Assembly (NCBI GenBank): GCA_963829055.1
Contig: CAWHHI010000020.1
Location: 704,001-768,000, forward strand
Direction: 5' to 3'
Length of the DNA stretch: 64,000 nucleotides
Source of the DNA: an uncultured Gemmatimonadaceae bacterium
GTDB taxonomy: Bacteria; Gemmatimonadota; Gemmatimonadetes; Gemmatimonadales; Gemmatimonadaceae
Numbering within the stretch: the stretch's first letter is position 1; each line of letters starts with the position of its first letter. Both the position numbers and the translations under genes were made by a program. The notes beneath the pieces were generated by a model. That model did not search any database, was not told where the DNA came from, and saw nothing but the letters and a program-made list of their open reading frames with translations. Of the stretch, positions 22,131-31,851 are shown piece after piece.

Positions 22131-24874
22131 CGGTACGCGCGGCCGCTCCCGCGACGCGGGACACCCTCGTCGCGCGACGTCTCGTCGCGTCGATTCGCAA
22201 TTCGCGCGCTCTCGCCTCGCGCTATCCGCGCGTCGCCGCCAACGCCCAGTCGACCTGTTCGGCGACCGCCGCTCCATCCCGTGCGGCGCGGCATCGAAGC
22301 ATTGGCCCGCGCCACTCGACCGACAGGTCACGCTCGAGGGCGACCACGTCACCCTGCGCGACGGCCTAACGCGCCTCGCCTCCGCCGCCCGCGTTAGGCT
22401 CTCGTACGTGGCCGAGCTGCTGCCGCTCGACCGTTCGCTGTGTCTGGCGTACAGGTCGGTGGCGGTCGGTGACGTGCTCTCCGACCTGCTGCGCGGCACG
22501 GAGCTCGAGCCCGTCGTGGCGGGAGACGATCAGGTCGTGCTCGCCCCGGCGCGACGCACGGCGTCGACGGAGCGTTCGACGATGATGACACCGACGCGCG
22601 GCGAACGAGCGTGCTCGATCGCGTGGTCGTCATCGGCGACGACGTCGCGACAACGCCAGCGGTCCGTGCCGATCTCGCTCGACGTCGTGAGCGGCGACAA
22701 GCTGGCCCGTCAGGAGGACAACGGCTCGCTGACGCACCTGCTCGACGGCTCCGTGCCCGGCATGTGGATGTGGCAGCAGGCGCCGACGACACTGCTCGCG
22801 CGCTACGGCAGCATCCGCGGCGCGAGCTCGTTCGGGCTCAGCTACCCGAAGATCTACATCGACGGCATCGAGGTCGCGAACCCGCTGATCGTCCGGCAGT
22901 TCGACCCGTCGACGATCGAACGCGTCGAGGTGATTCGCGGTCCGCAGGGCTCGGCGCTGTACGGCGCGGACGCGAACAGTGGCGTCATCAACATCATCAC
23001 GCGTCACGACGGCGCCGGCCGCCGGCGGCCAGCGCCTCGCAGCTGCAGAGCACCGCGGGCGTGTCGGGCAGCCAGTTCGCGCCGCAGGGCGTGCTCACGC
23101 AGCAGCACGCGCTCGCGTTCCGCACCGGGACCGCCGAGCGCTCCGCGGGACTCGGCTTGAGCATGAGCACGTTAGGCGCCTACGTACCCGGTGCGTTCGC
23201 CCGAACGATCGCCGCGAACGGCGACCTGCGCGTCGTCGGCGCGCGCAGCGTGTTCACCGGCATCGCGCGCGCTGTTCACGCGAGCGCGCGGGGACGCCCG
23301 CGAATCCGCTGCTGCCGCGGGCTCGCCGGGGCTCGGCAGCCGGTGGCGACTACCAACACTACCGACAGCGGATCGATCGCCGCGGCGATCCACCGGCGTA
23401 CTCGCGTGCGGGAATGGACGACACGACGCACGGCGCCGCTGTCAGCTCGCAGACCGCCCCGTCGTTCTCGACCGATTCGAGCGCGACGCAGTCGGTGAGC
23501 CAGTACACGGTCGGCGGCAACGCTCGTCGTGCACGCCTAACGACCGCTGGACGCACACGTTCGTGCTCGGCGTCGATGGCTATCGCCTGGCGAATCCGGC
23601 GCTGGACGACGGTCCGATCCCGAGCGCGACGGATTCCGCCCTGGCGGCGGCGCGGGGCGGCGGCGATCGCGTCACCGCTCGCGTGACGAGCGCGGCACAC
23701 TTCGGCTCGGTCGGTCGCGCGGCGACGGTGCTGACGTTCACGGCCGAGCACTGCGGCCGTTCGCGAGGAGAGCGCGGTCCGTCTCCATGGTCGGCCAGGG
23801 CGGCGACTACGGTGACGCGTCCTGGTGAGGCCGACGAGCGAGCGTCGGAAGCGCGGCTCATCGGGTGGCGTGGCAACACGGGCCTGGTTGCGCAGGCGAA
23901 CACGTCACTGCCGCAACCGACTGTTCCTGACCGCCGGCCTGCGCCTCGAGCGCGACGACGCGCTGGTCGGGTCGACGCACGTGACAGCTCGCTCCCCATG
24001 CTCGGCGGGGCGCTCGTCGACGGATCGTGGCGACGTGACGCTCAAGCTGCGTGCGGCGTACGGCAAGGGCGATTCGCCCCGTGCAGGGCGCGATTCGCGA
24101 GCTCGCGTGGAGCGGGCGACGCGCGACGCTCGTCGCGTACGATCTCGCGCCGGAGCAGCAGGCAGGCGTCGAGGCGGGCGCGGATCTGTTCGTCGGACGC
24201 AACGTTGGCTTCCACGTGACGCGCTTCGATCAGCAGGCGACCGGGCTGATTCAATCGGTGCGCGGTCACGATGCCGGCGCGCTCGCTCGTCGCGTGGCCC
24301 GCGGTTCGACGAACGAGCCTACGGCAACAGGGAAGCGACGTCGCGTACCAGTTGCAGAACGTCGGCGCGATCGCGAATCGCGGCTGGGAGCTTCAGAGCA
24401 CCGTCGGCGTTCGGGCGTCTGTCGCTCTCGAGCGCGCTCTCGCTCGTGGATAGCCGAGTGCAGCGGCTGGCGTCGGGGTACACGGGTGATCTGCGGCCGG
24501 GCGACCGGATGCTCGACGTGCCCGCGCGGACGGCGAGCGTCAGCGGCTCGTGGACGGCGGCGCGGTGGTTCGCGATCGCTGACGCTCGCGCGGGCGGCCG
24601 ACTGGACGGGCTACGATCGCGTGGCCATCGCGAAGGCCCTGACGAGTGGTGGCCTCATGCCGCGCGACCTGGTCGGTGAGCGGCTGCGCAGCTACTGGCG
24701 CGAGTACGACGGCGTGACGCGCGTACGCGCGAACTTCACCCGGGATCTTGTTCCGCGGCCTCTCGCTCGTGCTCGACCGGCGACAACCTGCTCGGCCAGC
24801 AGCGCGGCGAGCCGGACAACGCGACGATCGTTCCGGGCCGTACGGTAACGGCCGGGATCAAAGCGAAGTTCTGA
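22127..24874 (+). CDS. TonB-dependent receptor with STN domain, paralog of 14559-17102 (many frameshifts)
   Basis: ATGA overlap with fecR; ARYGSIRGASSFGLSYPKIYIDGIEVAN, VEVIRGPQGSALYGAD; ends IKAKF. Confidence 0.85.
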
Positions 24875-25004
24875 TTCCGGCTGCTCCGAGCCGCTCAGAC
24901 GGAGGGGCGAACGGATCCGGCGGATCGATCGGCATCGACTACCTGTGTCATCCCGAGCGCGCAGTGTCCGCCCAGCGGGCAGAGGCAAACGCGCTACTCC
25001 AACG

Positions 25005-25200
25005 GCGCAACGCTGAACGCGTAGGCGCGCTTCGCTCGCGACGTAGACGGACGCAGAAAACTGCACCGACCCCTTCGGCACAACCTCGCGTTTCACCGAG
25101 GCCGTGAGAAAGGGGGGCGCCCTGCCGCTGTCCCCGAGCGGCTGTTTTCTGCGGCGTCTGCGATGGCCGCGTCAGCGGCCCTGCGAGTTCTGCGTTGCGC
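25005..25200. repeat. Long imperfect inverted repeat between convergent genes
   Basis: GCGCAACGCTGAAC...CGCAGAAAACTGC (25005-25064) pairs with GCTGTTTTCTGCG...GTTCTGCGTTGCGC (25141-25200). Confidence 0.6.
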
Positions 25201-25261
25201 AGTGCGGCCTCCGAGACTCGCCTGATCCTTGCGTGAAGGACGTGCTACGCGAGTCGACGGA

Positions 25262-27022
25262 TTACGCCTGCTGCGTCACGCGCGTCTCGCGCACTTCCGC
25301 CAGATACTGATGCACGAACGCGATCGCCATGCTCCCTTCGCCCACGCTCGACGCAACGCGCTTGATCGAGCCGTGACTCACGTCGCCCGCGGCGAAGATG
25401 CCAGGCACGCTCGTCTCCAGCAGATACGGATCGCGCTCGAGCGGCCACGTGCCCACGGCGCGGTCCGCGCAGGAGATCCATCACGTCGCGGCCGGCACAC
25501 ACGTAGCCCCACTCGTCGCGAATCAGCTTCTCGCGGCAGCCAGTCCGTTTCGGCGTGCGCGCCGATGAACACGAACAGCGCGTCGCTCTCCCGCCGCTCT
25601 CGCCGACGCGACGGACCGGTCGCGACCTCGATGGCCTCGAGACGATCAGTGCCCTCGACCGCGAGACCTCGGCTTGCGTCTCGATGGTGACGTTCGCCTT
25701 CGCCTCCAGCTGCGTCGATGAGGTACTGCGACATGCTCGCCGCGAGCGACGGACCGCGCACCAGCATCGTCACGGACTCGGCGTAGCTCGCGAGACTTGC
25801 AGTCGCCGCCTGGCCCGCGGAGTTGCCGCCGCCGATCAGATGGACGCGACATCCGCGAACGCCGCGAGCGCCTCCAGTGACGCCGCACCGTAGTAGACGC
25901 CGTGCCCGGTCAACCGGTGATGCCCGGCGTGTCGAGCCGGCGCCATTGCACGCCGCTCGCCATCACCACGGCTTTTGTCGTTAGGCGCGAGCCATCGTCG
26001 AGCACGATCGTGTGCGCCGCCGTCTTCAGCTGACGTCGGGTCACCAGGCTCGATCGAGACGACGGAGCGCGCGACGAGCAGCTCGGCGTCGAAGCGCTAG
26101 CGCCTGCTGTACGCGCGCGCGCTCAGCTCGTCGCCCGACAACCCGCCCGGGAAGCCGAGGTAGTTCTCGATGCGCGAGGAGGTGCCGGCCTGGCCGCCAC
26201 ACGCCGTTTGTCTCGACGAGCAGCGTGCAGAGTCCTTCGGATGCGCCGTAGACCGCGGCGGCGAGCCCCGCCGGCCCGCCGCCCACGATGACGACGTCGT
26301 ACGCATTGCGCGTCGGCGTCGTCTGAAGCCCGAGCGCGTCGGCGAGCGCCGCGGAACGACGGCGCTTCCAAACGAGTGCCGTCGGCAGAGTAGCACGAGC
26401 GGCAGGGCTGTTCCCGCGAAGGCGGTCGCGGCGGCGTCCGCCGACGGGAGAATCCCATCGAAGACGAGCCGGTTCACGGCGTCCGCATCGTCGAGATCGC
26501 GCCACGCGAACAGCATCCGATTGCGCGCGAGGAACTCGCGCAGCTCGAGGCACGTCACGTCCGACTGACGGCCGATCAACGTGGCCGCGGTCATCGGAGT
26601 GTTCGCCGACGACTTGCTGCAGCTTCCCGACCCGCGTCTCCATCGTCTTCATGATCTCCGCATTCAACACTCGGCAGTGCGAGATGAGATCGTGGAAGTC
26701 GGCTGGATCGAGTCGCATAACGCGGGCGGGCTCGAGGGCCCGGACGCTCGCGACCGCTGGGGACGCGAGCAGCAGCGGCACCTCGCCGAAGTACTCGCCC
26801 GGCTCGTAGGTCGCGAGCTGCTGGTCGTGGCCGCCGATGTTCTTGTGGAGTGCGAGACGACCTTCGAGGAGACCGAAGAACGCGGGAGTCTGGCCTTCGA
26901 GGATCAGCCATTCGTTCTGGTGCAGCCGCACGTCCGCGGCGCGGCGCGGCGAGGGACGCGAGCTCGTTGGGGGGAATGCGAGCGAACAGCGGAATGCGCG
27001 TGAGCAGTTCGGCGGTGATCAT
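25262..27022 (-). CDS. cNMP-binding domain + thioredoxin-reductase-like FAD oxidoreductase (frameshifted)
   Basis: GEYFGEVPLL cNMP motif; YDVVIVGGGPAGLAAAVYGASEG; SSRIENYLGFP; ETSVPGIFAAGDV...KRVASSVGEG. Confidence 0.85.
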
Positions 27023-27128
27023 GCGTCGTCCTCGTCCAGCGGGCAGCGGTGGCGCGGAGCGGTCGCTTCGTCGAGCGTACCTGAATGATGGCGCGTGGCG
27101 GAAGTCCGGCGATGATCGGAATGGACTA

Positions 27129-27164
27129 TTGACATGCGTCGAGACAATGGTTATCATAGCAAGT
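27129..27164 (+). promoter_or_regulatory. Sigma70-type promoter TTGACA-N17-TATCAT overlapped by a candidate MarR operator
   Basis: TTGACA 27129-27134, TATCAT 27152-27157; GTTATCATAGCAAGT resembles the reverse complement of the box at 27828. Confidence 0.7.
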
Positions 27165-27208
27165 GTTGTTACGGCAACCGCTCGACCCCCGCACCACTCA
27201 CGGTCACC

Positions 27209-27794
27209 ATGTCCACGCCCAAACCCGGCACACGCGCTCGCGTCCAGCGCGGTTCAGAGCGAGATCCGGCAGAACAAGCCGTTCCGCTCCACCGCCCAGG
27301 AGGCCACGATCGCCCTGCTTCGTACGGCGTCGGTGGTGAATCGCACCCTCGCTCGAGTAGTGGAGCCGTCGGGGCTCAGCCTCGCCCAGTACAACGCGTT
27401 ACGCATCATCCGCGGCGCCGGCACGGGCGGCATCCCGACGCTGTCCATCCGCGAACGCATGATCGAGGAAGGCACGACGATCACGCGATTGCTCGACAAG
27501 CTCGAAGAGGCTGGGCTCATCCGACGCGAGCGCAGCTACCCGGACCGCCGACAGGTGCTCTGCTTCGTGAGCGACACCGGTCGCGCGTTGCTCGATACGC
27601 TGGACCCACAGGTGGACTCGGCGGACGAAGCAGTGGTATCCACGCTCAGCGACGCGCAGCTGGATCGGTTCATCGAGTTGCTGGATGTGGTACGGAAGGC
27701 AAACGCCGAGCGTGGCGCCGCGCGGTCGGCCGCGACGCGTGAGGCGGGTGCGCCACCGGTCGCGCGAAGCACGCGTTCGAAAGCGAGGCGCTGA
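27209..27794 (+). CDS. MarR family transcriptional regulator (5' frameshift)
   Basis: LSLAQYNALRIIRG...ITRLLDKLEEAGLIRRERSYPDRR. Confidence 0.85.
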
Positions 27795-27827
27795 CGAAGG
27801 GCCCATCGAAAGACAGTCGTGATTGAT

Positions 27828-27842
27828 ACTTGCTCTAGCAAC
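27828..27842. promoter_or_regulatory. Candidate MarR operator ACTTGCTCTAGCAAC
   Basis: TTGCT-N2-AGCAA inverted repeat upstream of doxX; similar box in the marR promoter. Confidence 0.5.
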
Positions 27843-27886
27843 TGTTGCACAGACACTCAACCATCTCACTCGACAGGACCACGCCC

Positions 27887-28408
27887 ATGTACCGCAAACT
27901 GATCGCGACCAACTCCGACCTCGGCGCCCTCGCCGGTCGTGTCATGCTCGGCGCCATCATGCTCCCGCATGGATTCCAGCACGCCCTCGGCTTGTTCGGC
28001 GGCTACGGCTTCAGCGGCACGCTCGGATGGATGACGAAGACGTTAGGCTTCCCCGCCCCGCTCGCGGCCGTCGCGATCGCCACCGAGCTCATCGCGCCGT
28101 TCGCGTTGATCTTCGGGCTCGGCGGCCGGCTCGCCTCCCTCGGCATCATCGGGATCATGGCGGGCGCGATCAGCACGCACGCGCCTAACGGGTTCTTCAT
28201 GAACTGGTTCGGCAGCCTTCCCGCGGGCACCGAAGGGTTCGAGTACCATCTGCTCGCGATTGGGCTCGGCGCCGTCATCGTCGCGAACGGGAGCGGTGCG
28301 CTGTCGATCGACCGCCTGCTCACCACCCGTTGGGCAGAGCGCAAGTCCGCTGGTGTGTCCGGTTCGACTCCGCGGACACGTCTCGAAGGTGACCGCAGAG
28401 TCGCGTAG
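27887..28408 (+). CDS. DoxX family membrane protein
   Basis: RVMLGAIMLPHGFQHALGLFGGYG...NGFFMNWFG...GFEYHLL. Confidence 0.85.
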   Translation: MYRKLIATNSDLGALAGRVMLGAIMLPHGFQHALGLFGGYGFSGTLGWMTKTLGFPAPLAAVAIATELIAPFALIFGLGGRLASLGIIGIMAGAISTHAPNGFFMNWFGSLPAGTEGFEYHLLAIGLGAVIVANGSGALSIDRLLTTRWAERKSAGVSGSTPRTRLEGDRRVA

Positions 28409-28465
28409 TTCCCGATCACCAACGTTCTCTTCCCGCGCAATAAATCCTTTCCTGGAGCTACTCCC

Positions 28466-28843
28466 ATGACCGCAACGTCCACGAAACAGAACGTCCTCGG
28501 CCTCATCAAGCTCGTTGAAGCTGGCCGGATGCTCGATGCGATGACCACGTACTACGCGCCCGACATCGCGATGCAGGAGAACGTCTCACCGCCGACGGTG
28601 GGCTTCACGGAGAACTACGCGCGTGAAGCGGCGTTTTACGGCTCGCTCGAGGCGCTCAAATTCAACCTCGTCTCGGTGCTCGTCGAAGGTGACGTCGCGG
28701 TGATCAACTGGGTGTTCGACTACACGACGGCGGACGGCAAGCAGTATCGGATGGACGAGATCGCCGTGCAGACGTGGCGCGGCGGGAAGGTCATCCACGA
28801 GCGCTACATTTACGACACGGCATCACTCGCCGTTGCCGCCTGA
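28466..28843 (+). CDS. SnoaL-like / NTF2 fold protein
   Basis: YYAPDIAMQEN...EIAVQTWRGGKVIHERYIYD. Confidence 0.75.
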   Translation: MTATSTKQNVLGLIKLVEAGRMLDAMTTYYAPDIAMQENVSPPTVGFTENYAREAAFYGSLEALKFNLVSVLVEGDVAVINWVFDYTTADGKQYRMDEIAVQTWRGGKVIHERYIYDTASLAVAA

Positions 28844-28849
28844 CGCCGC

Positions 28850-29698
28850 ATGTCTGCCACTCGACCAACGTCTGCCGCGCGCGCTCCTCTCGAGCGTGCG
28901 CGGCGCGCTTTCATGAGACGCGTGGAACATCAGAGCCTTCTGTTCATCTACGCCCACCCGGACGACGAGAGCTTTCTCTCCGCCGGCACGATCACGCACT
29001 ACAGGCGTCTCGCGAACACGCGCATCGCGCTCGTCACGGCAACGCGCGGCGGCGCGGCCACGCGGCCGCCTGACGCCGATTGGATGCGCGAAGATCTCGA
29101 GGCGTTGCGCGCGAAGGAGATGGACGCCGCGTCGCAGATTCTTGGCATTCATCACACGGCGCTCCTCACGCACCCGGACCGCGGGCTCGCGACGTCGGAT
29201 CATGAGCTGATTCGCCGAGAGCTCGTGTCGGCGATTCGGCTGCACAGGCCGCAGGTCGTGGTCACGTTCGATCCGAATGGCCAGAACCTGCACGCGGATC
29301 ACATCGCGATCAGTCGTTATACGAGCGATGCGGTAGCCGCGGCGTCAGACGCGCGATGGCTACCGGAGACCGGACCGGCGCACGTGGTTCAGCGCCTTCT
29401 CTGGACGACGCCCGTTACGGTGTGGGACGCGTTGCGCGCGCCATTGCGCGTCCCGCTCGCCGAGCGACCCGGCGTCGACTTTCTGATCGACACGTCGGCC
29501 TACGTCGCCGAGAAGGAAGCGGCCCTGCGCGCGCATGTCACGCAGCGCCCGGGCATCGATCGCCTGCTGCTCGCCACGGGCGACCGCGAGGCGGCACTGA
29601 GCGTGGAGGCATATCGACTCGGCTGGGGACCAGCGCCGCGTGCTCGACCTGCTGGGTGTCTGTTCGAGGGCCTCCAGATCGGTGCGCCGGATGCCTAA
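28850..29698 (+). CDS. PIG-L/LmbE family deacetylase
   Basis: AHPDDES, VTATRG, HADH, AHVTQ motifs. Confidence 0.85.
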   Translation: MSATRPTSAARAPLERARRAFMRRVEHQSLLFIYAHPDDESFLSAGTITHYRRLANTRIALVTATRGGAATRPPDADWMREDLEALRAKEMDAASQILGIHHTALLTHPDRGLATSDHELIRRELVSAIRLHRPQVVVTFDPNGQNLHADHIAISRYTSDAVAAASDARWLPETGPAHVVQRLLWTTPVTVWDALRAPLRVPLAERPGVDFLIDTSAYVAEKEAALRAHVTQRPGIDRLLLATGDREAALSVEAYRLGWGPAPRARPAGCLFEGLQIGAPDA

Positions 29699-29795
29699 CG
29701 CCCGTGTCCGACACCAAGGACGAAGGGTTATGAACGGATGCCTCTGATCCAAAGCATCCGCTCGCCCCATTGTCTGAGATGCCGGCGCGAGGCCA

Positions 29796-31566
29796 TTACT
29801 GTTGGCAACTCCCGCGCGGATTCGGCTTCGGCTTATCGACCACGACGCGGTGGTCGAGATTCCCGACCTGCTCGGCGATCCCGTACACGAGCTTCCCGAC
29901 CTGCTTCCATGCGATTGTAGTCGATGTACTGCGGCTCGTCCGTCACCTGGTGGTAGTCCGCGTGGCCACCCGTGGTGAAGAAGATGATCGGGATCCCGTA
30001 GCGCGCATACATGTAGTGATCGCTGCGGCAGTAGATGTTCTGTGGATGGCCGTTGGCGTCGAGCGAGTAGTCGAACTTGAGCGTGCCGCCCTGCGCGCTG
30101 TTCACCGTCTCCGCGAGGTCGCCAAGCTCCGTCGAGAGACGCCGCGAGCCGATGAGCTGCAGGTAGCCAGGGCCGCCGTGAATCGGCGCGCCGGCCTTTG
30201 TCACTCCCGTGAAGTCGTTCGCGCCGCCGCGTCCCACCATGTCGATGTTGAGCTGCGCCACGATCGAGTCGCGCGGGACCGTCGGGTGATCCGTGAAGTA
30301 CGAGGAGCCGAGGAGGCCGAGCTCTTCGCCGGTGTGCCAGACGAAGAGCAGTGAGCGCTTCGGCTTCACTCGCGCATTGGCGAACGCCTCGGCGATCTCG
30401 AGCACCGTCGTCGTGCCGGAGCCATCGTCATCGGCACCGTTGTAGATCGAGTCGCGGCGCGCGGCGTGCGTCGCCCGCAGACTGTCGGCCACTCGGTGGA
30501 TACGCGCCCAGTCGGCCTGGGCAACCGGCGTCTCCTCGTTGTCCGCACCCTGCGGACGCGCGATCAGCTGGTACGCCTTCACGGAGTCGTGGTCGGCCGG
30601 CTCGTTGTTGAAGCCGACGTGATCGTTGTGCGCGCCGATGGCGACGTACTGACCGCGCAGGGCGGGATCCGATCCGGGAATGATGGCGACGACGTTCCGT
30701 GCTGGCGCGTCCTTCGCGACGAAGCGAATCTGTCCACTTATCTTGCCGCCCTCAGCTCCCGGCTCTGCCGTCGCCGCGTCCCGGCCAAGCATCGCTCGCG
30801 CGACCGCTTTCGTCACATAGAAATAGTTAGGCAGCGGCCGTGATTCTCCGGCTCCTTTCGGAAGCGACCGCGGGGACACGGAAGAACTGGTCGACGTAGC
30901 CCGCCGGTAGATCATCGAGCGTCACGACAGCGATCGCCACCGCATTCGGAAAGTGCACCGAGAGCTGGTTGCGATTCACGTTGAAGTTGGGGCGCCCGGC
31001 GCTGTCCTTCCCGATCGTGAGCAGCACGACCTTTCCCGACGACTGACGCCGGCGGTACGACGCGCTGCGGGATCGCCGAGTGATCCGCCGTAGACGACGG
31101 TCGCGCCGTCGAACGCTTGCGCTCCGGCACCTTGATCGCGAGGCGCGAACTCCGTCCAGAGCTTGAGGGCCCGTCCGCCGACCGTGATGGTGGTCGACGG
31201 GTCGATCTCACGCTGTTCGAGCGGGAACTGGAAGTAGGTGCCGTTCTCACCGGCGGGCTGGAGCCCCATTCGCTTGAGCTCGCGCTCGATGTAGAGTGCG
31301 CCCTTCGCGTTGTACGGCGTATCCGCGGCGCGGCCCATCATCGAGTCGTCGGCAATGATGTAGAGGCGCGTCATCATGTCCGCTGCGACGATCGCTGGGC
31401 GCGTCGCGGGCCCGGCGTACTTGAGCGGCAGCATGCTCGGTACGGCGGCCGCGGCAGCGTTAGGCGCCGGCGCCTCGCGCGTCGCGGTCGATGCCGAGGA
31501 GCACGCGCCGAGGAGCGACGTGGCGGCGGTACTGAGTCCACCAATGACGAACGCTAAACGTCTCAC
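29796..31566 (-). CDS. M28 family aminopeptidase lipoprotein (frameshifted)
   Basis: LGAC lipobox; GAHNDH, NGADDDGSG, GEELGLLGS, NIDMVGR, RSDHY, DYHQVTD. Confidence 0.9.
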
Positions 31567-31694
31567 ACTCGCTCCGTGATAGCTGGGACGAACGGTCTGC
31601 TCATATGCAAAGCCGGGATAGGCGACCTTGAGCCTATCCCGGCTGTTCTCACGTCAACAATACCACTTCGCAACTCGCAGACCGTACCGGACGT

Positions 31695-31851
31695 TGTCAT
31701 TCCGAGCGAGCGAAGCCGGGTCCCACGCAGTGGGCGCAGGAATCGAGAGGGTACGGTTTGAGGGCCCTCTATCGGGACGATCGCGATTCCTCGACTCACT
31801 TCGTTCGCTCGGAATGACACCCGCCGTCCGCCGTCCGCCTTCCGCCCTCCG
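31695..31851. repeat. Type 2 REP/MITE-like element followed by CCGCCGT/CCGCCTT heptamer run
   Basis: TGTCATTCCGAGCG...GAGGGCCCTCTATC...CGCTCGGAATGACA then CCGCCGTCCGCCGTCCGCCTTCCGCCCTCCG. Confidence 0.8.
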
